Assembly (NCBI GenBank): GCA_000934665.2 | Contig: JYFJ02002698.1 | Location: 1 to 52,491 of the forward strand | From: Catajapyx aquilonaris | Lineage: Eukaryota | Direction of reading: 5' to 3' | Length of the DNA stretch: 52,491 bases | Shown here: positions 1 through 12,829 of the stretch, one piece after another | Position numbering within the stretch: the first letter of the stretch is position 1 | Layout: every line of letters starts with the position of its first letter | The notes under the pieces: model-generated | What the model was told of the DNA's origin: nothing | Databases searched by the model: none | What the model saw: only the letters and a program-made list of their open reading frames with translations | Position numbers and translations under genes: made by a program

Positions 1-1671
1 GCAAATGGGCTCTTGCATGGGAGGGGTGGTCACCATTTCCTCTTGGGTTGAACCCACTTTTTTACAGCCTCGATGGATATTGGTTAACTCAGGGTTTTAC
101 CTTTAATGCTGGTTAAACTGATCGCTAAAATTGCTGTTCCAACAATGCCAACCTGTACAGCTTCAGTTTTAATCCTAAGAACCACACAATTTTCTGGAAA
201 TCCTTTGCCATGGCCCTTCAGCTTTATATGTGGTGCTTTTTCTATGGAACAAATATTGGTCGCACAGATCCTTCCATAGAGAACTGAAGGCCAGACCTTT
301 CCTTTTCACAAAAGCTCCCCTTGTTCTGATTTGCGATGGGGTATCGATTGTTTGTACAGCATCATAAAAGAGATACCCCCAGCCCAGTGCATAACACAAG
401 TGCTCTCCTATAATGGAACATGTCGATTTTGCTGCTCCTCACAGATTTGGGAACAATTTTGTATAATTCGAAATTTTTGGCTCGCTTTTTAAGCTGTTTG
501 TCCACCGCTTCAAATAATTTGCATCTTTTCAATCAACTCAAAAAATGCAGCGCTTTGTTTTCCGCTAATTTTACTCAAACTGAACAGAAAACTGTTAAGT
601 TCCCACTAGTTCATATTTAATAGGCGTGCACAAACTCGCCTCCAATTGAATTGGTCATTTTGACAAATGGTCAATTGTAATGCTAAAAATGTAAACTTCT
701 GCCCTTTTCAAAATGACTAATTCAATTGATACAATACATTTTCGCACCACTTTTGCTAAACATGTATTATTCAACAATTTCAGCAGCTAATGAATTAAAT
801 GCCATAATTAAATAATCAAATAAATAATGAAACAATTGGATAATTTCAACAGTGAAGTAATTTAACAACTAAATAGTTGACATTCTGGGTATAGCTTCCA
901 TCTAACTAATCTCCAGCATTTTAATCACTTTTTTTCCCCCCCCAGCAGCAAGTGTGGGCCAAATCCTCCAAAAATAATGAAGTGTATAACAGTTTATAGG
1001 GTGGTCTGGCTCCCCATCTTGACTTTCAACTGTATAATGGTAGGGTAGGGAGAGGCGGGGCAGGGAAGGGGGGAGACTATCTCTCGCCTCGCTTAGGCAA
1101 ACTTAGCAGGCAGATATAATGAATGAATGAATGCAAGGCTCAGATTCTTTTTTCCCTCCGGCAGAACGGGGGCGTCTTCCTTCCTGCCTCTGAAACAAAA
1201 CGCCAGCCATAATCAAGATTTGTCGCCACCATAAGGTCGCCACTGCAATTAAAACTTTCCTCGGCTGCACATGGGATTAATTCAGGGCGCCGCCAGACGA
1301 AAGGATGATAACACCATCTTCTTTTTTTATATATATTACAAGATGGAAGAAGAAGAAGAAGAAGAAGAAGGCAAAGAAAATGTTAGGATTTAATGAAAGC
1401 GCTTTGTTAGACTTGATTCCAGAAGAAAGATAAAGCAACGGACGGAGTTTTGCCGCCAAAATTGGCGTCTTTATTTTCTTAATTGGACTCCTGCTTGCGT
1501 TAATTTTTACCACTTCTTCCGGAAATAATGCGATATTCAGAGAAAATTACTAACCGGCCCGGTCTGTACAGCCGATAGTACTTATCGTTCAAAACGATAG
1601 AGACGGTATGCGAGTACGTACACATAATCAGTTTTTCCTTTAATTAATTAATTAATATTGGCTAATACTGG

Positions 1672-1880
1672 TACAGTAGTGCGGACATTAATCGGGTCAT
1701 ACTGATGCGGCAGAAGTGTGTGAGCCGTACCAGTAAGAACAGGTAGGCCTTGAGTGACGTCACCGGCTGTGGAGCAAACGGCTTGTCCCCAGCCAGTGAC
1801 GTCACCCAAGGGCTACCATTTCTCACTCGCAAGGTTCGATATGCACGTCTGCCGCATCGCAAAATGTCGCTAGCACTGTA
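1672..1880. mobile_element. Palindromic MITE, family A copy 1 (CAGT..ACTG ends, TA flanks; Tc1/mariner-type)
   Basis: Closely similar to 11773-12015. It is internally inverted, ends atgtcgctagcactg-TA, and carries two GTGACGTCAC palindromes (1754-1763, 1796-1805). Confidence 0.8.
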
Positions 1881-4337
1881 CAGTAGTAACTACTGGTTCT
1901 CTTTGAAGCACCCCTCGAGAGTGTCCAAACACGATTATCTAAGGGACAACGGGGGCTCCCCGAGGCGCTTCCCTATTTGATTCCAGGAGCCCGGAAAGCA
2001 GAAGAAAAGGCGGGGGAGTCGAGTATGTATGGACGGATCCGGCCGCGGCCGTCCATCAGTGTCGCGTATCACATGGCGGCCGTGGGGAGTTTCAGACCCT
2101 AGAGTGGCAGCCTAATTATGCTATCATGGCTGCCCCGCCTCGGCCCCCGTGCCATTCAAGAAGGGGGGTCCGGGGGGGCTGCCCTTTTTCCCTTTTGTTG
2201 CAGGGGCGGGCATTGTTTCACGGCTGACGTCTACGCCTTAATCTGCCATTAAAGAGGACCCCCGCTTGTGTCCGGCCTCCGTTCGGCTCTGATGGCCTCC
2301 TAAAGGTGACCCCGGCCTGGACAGCTGGGACAGGTCAACCCGTCTCATGGTCAAGTGACCCCCAGTATGGGGCACACTTATTTGTTCCGGCTGCCACCGC
2401 CGAGAAACAACCCTTCTTTTCTCTGACGGACCACAATGACTTTTGGACACAGGGGGTTGTGTCCATTGCTGGGTCAGGGTCACAATAGAACAGACTTATC
2501 ATACTGGCATGTCGCGAAACATCTGGGTGTCACGCATGTGCAAATTAATATGTAATATATTGCATGCGTGACTTATTGGCAAGTTGTGATTTGAAGATTG
2601 CGCGTGTGTAGGCTAATAACAATGAACAATTCATACATGGTGCATGTATGTTACAACAATAGTTGACATCTGAACAATCAGCAGACAGAATCAACAGGCC
2701 TATTCGGAATTTTTTTTTGGAAATATTCAGCCAATGTTATTCAAGCATACCAACTTTTCAGCAATATTCCATTTCGTGCAGTGACACAAAGTTAATATTA
2801 GGAGTGTAAACCCTTACTATTCATACGCATAATTTGCCCAACCGACTAGCACGCATTCTGTACTATAAAACGTCACATCCGCCAGTTCATATAAAAGACA
2901 CGCCCATATTTTCAACAATGAAATCTGCATCGTTTTCCACTCCCTGCTAATACTGATGACCACCTTCTAGGAGCGTTGACCCTCTCAAGTGACATCCCTA
3001 TCAGGACCATGCTCCACATGTCACGATACCGCAAAAGGACATAATCATAAGTATGACATACTTTTCATTTTTTCTAACCAAAGTTCCTCATACCAACAAG
3101 CCCCTAACCTCACCCACAGTCTTTTCACCTCTTAGAAAAATTATCCAAAATAAAAATTCCTTCCTCGTCCACTACTTTAGCCACCGATCGAACCACCGAT
3201 ATAACCTTAATAGATTGATGAATCGCCCTACTATAGAAATTGATCGGTTCACCCACCATTTTTATAAATTAAAAAAATTTAGGAAGCCGTGAAAGTGAGC
3301 CTAATTGTTTCTGTGCCTGACATTCTTGCCAACTAGTATTTTTGTAGGCCAATCCCATTCATTATGGAGCGCAGATTGGCTTTCTTGAGCAAACAGCTGC
3401 AAGGCCCGGTATATACAGTGTTTGAACTTCTCGCTTAGGTACAGCTTAAAGGGAGAACTTCATACATCTGAACCATTTAAATATATTTAAAAAAAATTAC
3501 AAAAAAATTACCAAAATTTGGTTCCTTTTGAATATATGAGTAAGAAAATACCAAAAATATTTTTACACACAAAAATCATATGGTGTGGCCTGGTGAGCCT
3601 TCCTCTTGAGAAGACCCTTTCCCATGAGACGTGTTGCGGGACACAATAATAACCTTGTATACTTTTTGGTCAATGGCCCCTCCCTGCAATCATCGCCTAG
3701 CCTCGCAATCACCTCCGGAGCAGTTTATAAAGCTAAAATAAACATCCCTCACGTCCTCCTGATTGAATAGGCAGGTGGGGAATGGGGAGGGTGGGAGGGC
3801 GTATCGGTGGCAAAACTGGTTACCACCAACGGATAATGGCGCCCTGGGCCTTGGGAAGTATATAAAAAAATACCTCAAGAATCGAAAAGAAGGGGGGGAT
3901 TGTTGACGGACAGCTCATCAAGCATAAATCATCCGGTAAGGAGAAGCTGGCCTGGGGGCTGAGGGGACGGATAGTTGTTATCTACTCTATGTCCCGACTA
4001 CGAGATTGGGGAGGAAATAATGATATTTAAGGATCGAATTATTATGTCCTAACTGATATACTAGCACTCGTTATCAGGATATTGTGATGTGGGTGCGTTC
4101 ATGGCACTCTGGAGGTAAATCAATGCAATTATATAGGATTGGGGTAATAGAACTAGTGCAAAAACTTGCACCGAGTTGATAATGCATTGGTTTTGCTTGG
4201 TTTCTGACAGGTTTTCAAGAAAGGGGGGTTTTAAGATGGTTTTTTGTGGGACGACTAATAGCTTTTAAGTTGTTGGCAAAATATGTGACAGTAAAAATTG
4301 TTCGCATTTCATAGCTGCAGGGTATATGCAGGGTGGT

Positions 4338-5157
4338 CCAATATTAGTGGTCAGCATTTTTTGACACTAGTCATTTGTAAAATTCTGTGAAATTCTGTGG
4401 ACATTTTTAAAAATCTGTAAGATTTGTTTTAAAATCTGTAAAAATTAATATATTTTTTTGTAAAAATTACGTAGTGTTACACTGTGTATACACAATTACA
4501 GTTGAATCCGGATATAACATACTTCAAGGGACAGCAGAAATCATTCTGTTATAGCCGAATACACAAGCCATATATGGAAGTTTGCAGGGACCGTGGCCTT
4601 TCTAGTCTGCTGTTATAGCCGAGGCTGTTATATCCGGATTCAACTGTATATTATGTGTATCCGGCCCTATTATTTTTGGTATAATTACCGGTACGCACAT
4701 TTGTTTCTCCTTTCCCAAGCACTCCGATATTAGTGATCAGCAATTTTTTGACACTAACCATTTGTACAATTCTGTGAAATTTTGTAAAATTATGAAAAAA
4801 TCTGTAAATTTTTTCAAAAAGCATGTAAAAATTATGTAAAATGTTATGTATGCAATTATATGTGCATCACCTATTTTTTGGTATATAATTACACACATTT
4901 GTTTCACCTTTCCAAACATTCCAATATTAGTGGTCAGCAATTTTTTGACACTACCCATTTGTAAAATTCGGTGAAATTATTGTAAAAATCTGTACAAATT
5001 CGGACATTTTTAATCTGTAAAAAAATTCTGACATCTGTAAAATTTTCAAAAAGTCTGTAAAAATTACGTAAAATGTTATGTATGCATGTGCATCACCTAT
5101 TATTTTTGGGTATAATAATTATTAATTACACACCTTTGTTTTACTTTTCCAAGCATT
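4338..5157. repeat. Three tandem copies of a ~200-240 bp AT-rich unit
   Basis: Units start with ccaatattagtggtcagca-like sequence at 4338, 4724 and 4921, each with ttttgacacta, tgtaaaa-rich segments and acatttgttt. Confidence 0.88.
4499..4646. mobile_element. 148-bp Tc1/mariner (pogo/Tigger-like) MITE with TA target-site duplication
   Basis: Perfect TIR CAGTTGAATCCGGATATAAC / GTTATATCCGGATTCAACTG, with TA on both sides. It is present in the first tandem unit only. Confidence 0.93.
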
Positions 5158-6290
5158 TACTTCCTTACAATACCTTACATTCCAACCAACAAAAAATGCA
5201 TTTTTTTGCAAAAATCCCGGCCCCAATTAACGTCTCAATAATTCCAAAAAACTGCTCATTCCACCTGTTTCACAAAAAAAAACCATCGCTATTTGTCATT
5301 CCAGGTAGAAAAAAAAACCCAGGTTCATCGTGTGAGGCCCTCCCCTCCACGGGGGTCAAAACGCAAGAGGATTTTCAGCAAGGGAGCTCCAGACCAAACA
5401 CTGGGCATCAGCAGCCATTACAGCCCCTGCAGCCACAGCCCTAATAAAAGAAGGCCATAAACTCCAGAATAACTAACAAGAGGAGGAGCAAAAAGGTAGA
5501 TGTCTTCCTCCACCTTTTTTCCACCAAAGAACCATGCACCTTGCCCAATTTCAACCCTCTCGTTAACTTCCTTGACATTATCACAGGTAATTGCCTATCC
5601 ACTTCTAACATAGATGGTTTTACAATGTGGAAACAATCCCTGTTGGCGTCGGATGGGAATAATAAACACAAAAAAAAGAAGAAAAGAACTAGGGGTTGAC
5701 CTACAGCAAAGTGGAGGATCGAGGACCAGATGCGCGTTGAGGGAACAACTGTATTGGGGGGTTGTAACACGGATCGGGCAACTAGACGCGATTAATCTTG
5801 TGGTTAGGGGGTTGGGTTTTAGACTGGAGCTTGATGAACCCCCAGAAAAGAATGGAGTGCCCCGATTTTTTGGGGGAAGTCTCGTGCATCTGATAGTAGC
5901 TAAGAGCTGTCTCTAAAATAGACCTGTCCAAAAATGTTGGATTTTTAGTTTTTGTGTTATGGAGGCTTCAGGCTAAGATATGATTTTTGTGGATGTGTTA
6001 CTGAAAGAGTAATTTGTAATAAGGTTACAGTGAATGATGTTACGGAAGCAGCTGGTGTTAAGAATGTAGGTCCACATTACTTTCGTGTGTAAGTCCCCCC
6101 CCTCCCCGCCCCCCCCCAAAAAAAAACAAAAACAAAAACAAGAAAATCCGGGCTTTCTGGTTCATTATGAATGTTTCGAACTAAATGGACTTCCCCAGAT
6201 GATAGAGCAGAAAAAATGCTATACAAATTTGTCCATGACAAATCATTGCTATTTACATGTTCCTTTGGTCACCGTAACTCATAATGACCA

Positions 6291-6403
6291 CTGGTGGAAT
6301 TTTCCTTCCACTGCTAGTTACTGCTAACTTAGCAGTACTAGTGTTGGCAATGGTGCTGCTAAGTTAGCAGTGACTTAGCAGTGGGACGAAAATTCCACCC
6401 CAG
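6291..6403. repeat. Inverted repeat of about 110 bp (small MITE-like hairpin)
   Basis: ggtggaattttccttccactgctagttactgctaacttagcagtac pairs with gtgctgctaagttagcagtgacttagcagtgggacgaaaattccacc. Confidence 0.8.
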
Positions 6404-8333
6404 CACTTGTCTGGGATTTGTTTTTGACCTCGCAGCAGTCAAAAAAAAAACCATATCCTCAAAATATAGGGGTCATTCCTATAATCAAGTGGGCCGAAAT
6501 GTTGCTAGACCATCTTGGATTTTGCTTAGAATAACGACAGCAGTATACACCTATGCCATAACGCTGCATATCAAGTTTCAGCCATATTGCGCAATACCGT
6601 GGAGAGGAAAAATCGCGAAATTTTGAAAATTGCTGAAAATGAGGCCCTTTTTTGAATAATTTTTGTTTCGGTTCGCGGAAATGGTCATAACCCAATAAAC
6701 ACATCAAATTAAAGAGAACCACAAGGAAAATGCGCCTAATTGCCACAACCCCGTCCTTGGGCTAGCCCCGGCATTGCAGCACATTCGTCCCAAACCAAAA
6801 CCAAAAACGTTCCAATTCCCCTCAAACTTCAGCGATACGTATCGATATTCTTCAAACTTTTCGATTGACGTGTAATAGTGGGTATAAGGAGGTTAAAGTG
6901 CCCCCAAAATGAAAGTCTGGGGTTCCCCAGGTATAGCTTCAAGTGGATTATATGGTAGCCTGTACTGGGGCTTTATTGGGCTGGCGATGGGAATAGCCGA
7001 TTTGGAAGGCACCGTAGATCTGGGATCCTGATCGTGGGAGCGATGTTCCGTGTATAGAACCTCTGTCCTCTTCCAGCGTTATATAATGGGGAATGTGCGT
7101 CACGTCCAGCTTTCATTATATGCACGTCGCTGATTAGCTAGCGTGGCTTTTCAGCAGGATTAGTACGGATTTTGGCCTTTAGCACTGCGGATCCCTTCTC
7201 AATCGAGGTCCTTTTTTTGTGTGTGTCCGTGTCCCAGCGACGTTGTTCCGGGGGGGATAAAAGGTAATGATGCGAACGTAGTGTGTGCGACAAAACACAC
7301 CCAGTCCTGAAGAGAATTTGGAAGCTTTCTAAGGGGGAGGGGGAAAAATACGTCCTGGTTCATCCAACCGATGCCCTATCGATCAGCGGATAGTAATTAC
7401 AGTGGGCATCGAAGTCCACAAGAAGGAATCTTGGAAATGGGGGAAAAAGCCAGGGGTGGTTCGGAAGGCCTCCCCCGCATCTGCGTGACACAATCGTACC
7501 CCCCGGAAATCGGGTTTCGTGATATAACAGAGTTTTGGCTCCTCCGACTGAAAGTCATCAGGGCTGGGAAACTATGGTGATGCCTATATAAAAATCTAGA
7601 TGGTACATATTTAGTACCGTACAATATTTAGTATACAAAAGTGGCTGAACTTACAGCGCCATCCGTAAACAACACTGCCCGCCACATTCAAAATTTTATG
7701 AAAATCTACTGCAAAAGTTGGTAGACCTGTCCGGCGTCGGCGCTTCTTCGCCCCCCCTTCTACCTCTTTTGATTCCCCCCTCTTTCTCCCATCCCCACTT
7801 TGTCGATCTGGCGGCGTCGGCAGCGTCGTTGTGCCGACTGCAGCCGGAAAAGCCTGGCCGTTTATCACTCTGGGGGCTGAATGGGCGCCGCCGCCGCGTT
7901 TCCAGCCTCCATTTCGGGCCGCACATGAAGTGCTGGGTTTGACGGGGCCGCCTCCACGCCCAATGGCCGCCCCTTCGTCAGCCTCATGGCTGCTGCCTTT
8001 CAGATGGATGATACACACTACGGAACACAACCAAAGGCTCAGGCGCCGTCGACCCTACCAGATGGCGCTAGCTGCTAGGCCACTCATCATATAAACTAGT
8101 CTATAGAGTTGGGTCATATCAAAGATGGCGATTTATTTTATTTTAATTAATATAATTTATTTAACGTATTAATGTATAAATTTGTGAATATATACTAGGC
8201 ACCAACTTGCCAAAATTGAGAAAGTGGAGAGAGAGAGACGCGGACCAGGCAGCGACATCCGACGGCGAAGTACCTGAGTAAGACGGTGTGGAAGTAAACG
8301 AGTCGCCATCAGCCCCCTGACACTTCCCCTACA

Positions 8334-8629
8334 ATCTTATCGCCTGTCGGGGCGTTTTGCATGAGGTGCTCACCTGAGACCTTTCACTGCGCTATTATGT
8401 GGCGACCCTACCGGACTACGCTGAACTTTATAGGTACAAGAGGGAAGCGCTACATTGGGAGACCCATCATGGTCGCCGGCGGCCATGTTGGGCCCGCATG
8501 TAGCGGTTTCTCTTCCACCTTAGTTCAGCGTAGTCCGGTAGGGTCGCCACATAATAGCGCAGTGAAAAGCTGTCTCATGGCGCTCTCAAGTGAGCACTTC
8601 ATGCAAAATGCCCCGGCAGGCGATAAGAT
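8334..8629. mobile_element. Fold-back element of about 300 bp (MITE-like)
   Basis: Outer arms atcttatcgcctgtcggggcgttttgcatgaggtgctcac / gtgagcacttcatgcaaaatgccccggcaggcgataagat. There is a perfect 46-bp inner stem (tttcactgcgctattatgtggcgaccctaccggactacgctgaact) and further imperfect pairing toward the centre. Confidence 0.85.
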
Positions 8630-9696
8630 GGAGTGTCCAGACCTTAGTAATCTAAGACCATGGTCGCCACCCTGAAGGTGGCGCCCCGAGGCCGGAACGG
8701 CGTTTATGGGAACTCCGTGGAAAGGTCACGGTGGTTTTTTAAAAGGCGGTCGGCGTTTTTTGCGTTTTGTAAATTCCTTGGACACTATTTCCAAAAAAAA
8801 AAAGTGTATTGCAAATATAGAAAACGCGGGCTAAATTTGGACATCACTCCCAATGTTGTAGGCCGTACACAGCGGGAAGAATCGCCATCACAGTAGGGTA
8901 TTAATAATATAGATTTAAAATCAATTCATTTAATGTACCGTATGTAAAATAAGCTAAAATCACAACATAGCCATCTGTAAGCAAAGCAGGTTAATTTATG
9001 AAAATGCTGACAATGTTTTATAGCATGTGAGTGAAAAAAAACTTGGGCGTGTTAGTGTATTCAGAAAAAAACATTATTGGCTTGCAAATATTTTCAAGCG
9101 CTAAAACCTCCACCCTATCCCTAGATTCCAGTATCGGTATTCCTGATATTACATTTCTTGGTACCCGATTCATAATCGATATCGATAAACACCGGCATGT
9201 AACCCGAGCATCTCTTTAAACAGCTTTAAAAATCCTCTCAAAAAATTGATTCCATTTTTTATATTAAAAAAGAAGTTTCTTATTCATGCTATTAGTTTTG
9301 AGCCCTATAATTTTTCCAGTGTCGAAAAAACGTCTTGTAAATTTCCCGGCCTTCCCATCACCATCCAAACGATAGTATAGCCATGGACTTTATGGACGGA
9401 ACTTTTTCCAAGCTTTTTAAAAGCGTAGTATCCGGTTAAAAGAACTCCGTGTAAAAGTCCAGCTCTCCTCTCGCCCACTTCCTGCTGGTGGTCAGAGTCA
9501 CTTCCTCCTTTCCTCCCAAAAATCGACCCACGTCTCCATGACTCAGGGGCCATACCCCACTCCTCCATTTCCCAACCCTCTATATGTGTTTTTTGCAGCT
9601 TTGCTTTTCCAGTGCCGGAAATAAAACGCCTCAACTTCCAACTTTCTTATTTATAAACTCTGGATATGACACCAACAAGATTGGTTTGTGATTGTT

Positions 9697-10694
9697 AGCC
9701 GGAGAGCCTGGAAGGAGGCTAGGATATTAACCGGAGCGCCTAGAGGGAGGCTAGGCTGTTTATTATCATGTTAGAGCCTCGTTGGAGGCTAGAATGTCAG
9801 CCGAAGCGCCTAGAGAGAGGCTAAGCTGTTAACCAGAGGGCCTACATGGAGGCTAGGCTGTTTGTTATCAGTTGAGAACCTCGTTGGAAGCTAGAATGTC
9901 AGCTGAAGAGTCTAGAGATAGGCTAGGATGTTAACGGGAGCGACTATAGGGATGCTAGGATGTTTGTAATCAAGTGGGAGCCTCGTTGGAGGCTAGAATG
10001 TTAACCGAAGAGCATCGAGGGAGGATAGGATGTTTGTAACCAGGTGGGAACCTATAGAGAGGCTAGGATATTAATAGGAGCGCCTACAGGGAGGCTATGC
10101 TGTTTGTTATCAAGTGAGAGCCTCGTTGGAGGCTAAGATACCAGCCGAAGAGTCTAGAGAGAGGCTAGGATGCTAACTGGAGCGCCTACAGGGAGGCTAT
10201 GCTGTTTGTTATCAAGTGGGAGCCTCGTTGGAGGCTAGGATGTTCACCGGAGAGCCTAGAGGGAGGATAGGCTGTGTGTAACCAGGTGGGAGCTTCGTTG
10301 GAGGCTAGGATGTTAACTGGATCGCCTATAGGGAGGATAGGCTGTTTCTAATCCAGTGGGAGCCTAGAGAGCGACTAAAATACTTACTACAGAGGCTACA
10401 GATGGAGGATAGGATGTTTGTAATTAGGTGGGAGCCTCGTTGGAGGCTAGAATGTTAACCGAAGAGCCTAGATGGCGGCTAGGCTGCTTGTAATCAGGTG
10501 GGAACCTATAGAGGGAGGCTAGGATGTTAACAGGAGCGCCTACATGGCGGCTAGGCTGTTTGTAAACAAGTGGAAGCCTCGTTGGAGACTAGAATGTTAA
10601 CCGAAGAGCCTAGATGGAGGATAGGATGTTAAACAGGAGCACCTATAGGAAGGCTAGGCTGTTTGTGATCAGCTGGATACCTCGTTAGAGGCTA
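9697..10694. repeat. Minisatellite array of about 29 degenerate 32-bp and 38-bp units
   Basis: Short unit aaccggagcgcctagagggaggctaggctgtt and long unit tgttatcaagtgggagcctcgttggaggctaggatgtt alternate in S-S-L and S-L patterns. Confidence 0.93.
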
Positions 10695-11772
10695 TCTTAT
10701 TACCAGAAATAATGAGGCGAGAGGCTTCCCACAGAATAGTGAGAATCTGGCACTGTGCACCTAGTTGATGCGTTGACTGGAAGCAACAAACCCAATGGCC
10801 ACAATCACGCGTGATTTTCATCCAGCAAGCACCACGTTAGGCTCGAAAATGACCATAATTAGCAAGAGGCAATGCTGATCTTGTCATGTGTTACTGGGTA
10901 TACCTTTTTTTTTGTTTCCTTGTGAGCAGGTATTTTCCTTCAGGCCTAATTGCCCCGTCGTGAGCAGGCCAAACGTATCATTGACCAAGGGGGGGCCTCC
11001 AGTGATTTTTCTTTTGTCGTCTGTCAAACGAGATGGGGGGGTTTTGCTAGCTATTGCCCAGATAGGCATGCGGACAAATGGGCACGCGTCCATCTTTTCC
11101 TCTTCCTTGCACAAAATTACAGTCATTTGGAGGGGGACTCGCAGCAACTATACCAGGATACGGTGATGCTTCGAAGATCACGTGATTGAATCATTACGGA
11201 TGAGGAGTAAAGTAGCATATCTGAAGCTCACAATAGTACAGGGTGCGTCAACTAGATTTGAATATCTAGGCGTTAGAATCCGGATGGGACAACCTGGGCG
11301 TTAGTTCTAGGAAGGGCAAAAAACTATGCCAGTAAAAATTCGTGTGTGGAGAAAGGTGCAATTTGCGTTCCTTGGAGGCCCGGGGGCCATGGGCTGAGGC
11401 AGGGTTAATGGGAGAAATGAGCAGGTAGAGGGTGGTAGAGGAGGGGCAGTGGGGGAGCCAAAGGCACGAACTACTGATACCTCACAGGTAGACCAAGTCC
11501 AGCAGGCGCCAACGAATAGCTCTCCTGGACTGGGGATGAAGGCACCCTGGGGCCAGGGTGGAGAAAATCCTATATACACAACACATGATGCTGACCATCA
11601 GCTCCACAAAAGGACTTTGGCACGAATCAGACTTCCAGACACCTTTTTGTAGTCATTGCCAATTGGCAATCCTGTGGTTTGCAATCACTGTTTTTACTAT
11701 CAAAAAGTGGAAGTGCAATCAAGGTAGATTGAGACATTTATGTGATGGAATGTGGTGGCCAGACCCAATCTG

Positions 11773-12015
11773 TACAGTGCTAGACATTAATTCTGTCATA
11801 CTGCTAGCGACATTTTTCGATGCGGCAGACGTACAAATCGAAGTGTGAGCCGTGCGAGTAAGGAGAGGTAGGCCTTGAGTGACGTCACCGGCTGGGGGGC
11901 AATGGAGAAGAGGCTTGTTCCCAGCCAGTGACGTCACCCAAGGGCTACCATTTCTTACTCGCACGACTCGCACTGATTTGCACGTCTTCCGCATCACAAA
12001 ATGTCGCAAGCAGTA
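11773..12015. mobile_element. Palindromic MITE, family A copy 2
   Basis: tactgctagcgacatttttcgatgcggcagacg pairs with cgtcttccgcatcacaaaatgtcgcaagcagta. It shares the core ggtaggccttgagtgacgtcaccggctg...cagccagtgacgtcacccaagggctacc with 1672-1880. Confidence 0.82.
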
Positions 12016-12829
12016 CATTTCTCCATGTTATAGGGTGGCATATTACAAATATTTTTTTCCTCAATATTTTGTTGGAATATTTTTTTTAAAAAACTCGACA
12101 CCAGAGAGGCGAGCCTCAAGTCCAGCAAGTTGAGCTTAACACCCTTCATATATCTGTGGACTCCTCCTCCTTGGCCAGAACTAGTTTGAGCTCTTGAAAG
12201 AAGGCTCGAGTGATGCCATGATTAATCACCTCCACCTTCTCTTACCCTCCTCCTTTTTCTTCTCCTAGCGTTGGCAGACCCCTTGTCATCAGCTACGAGC
12301 ACTTCATTTTGTTTATCGTGCCTGATAAAACCAGGTGGGGAGGATAGGTTGGGTGCAAGGTGGGGGGTTGCAAGGGAATAAGGAGGTGGGGAGAGGGGGG
12401 GGGAGGTCAGAAAGTGCCAGGTCTAACCTGCAATTTCCCCCCTCTCTCGATTCCTTTCCCTGAATAACAATCCTTTCTAATTGGTGAGCCTCCTCTGGCT
12501 TGAGTAAACAATGGGAGGCCCAACCTATAGTTATCCAGTTTCATACCTCTCCTGCTAATTTATGAGAGCTTGGACAGGTAGGATGGGGGCCTCCGGGGCA
12601 TCTCCCGCCTTATTTTCTAAGGGGGTGGTGGGGGTGAGAGGAAAAGAAGGGAGGAGAAGAGGAGGGAGAAGGTGCAGGGAGGGCCTGGCCATGAGGCCAC
12701 CCTCCACATGGCATTGTTGCCGATGTGGATCAGTGTTTTGAATTGATTGATCCGTTATAATGACAATGGTAATGGACCCCTAAGGCACCATGGCCATCGT
12801 GTTCGTCTCTGTGTTTTAACATTTTAAAG

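Noticed and set aside
6466..6900. DNA-transposon-like sequence beginning ggggtcattcc
   Set aside because: No partner TIR or TSD was found.
7371..8094. Overlapping GC-rich ORFs
   Set aside because: There is no recognisable domain, and open frames on both strands are expected from GC content alone.
9697..10694. CRISPR array interpretation of the hairpin repeat array
   Set aside because: The variable segments are homologous to each other rather than unique spacers, there are no cas genes, and the context is eukaryotic.
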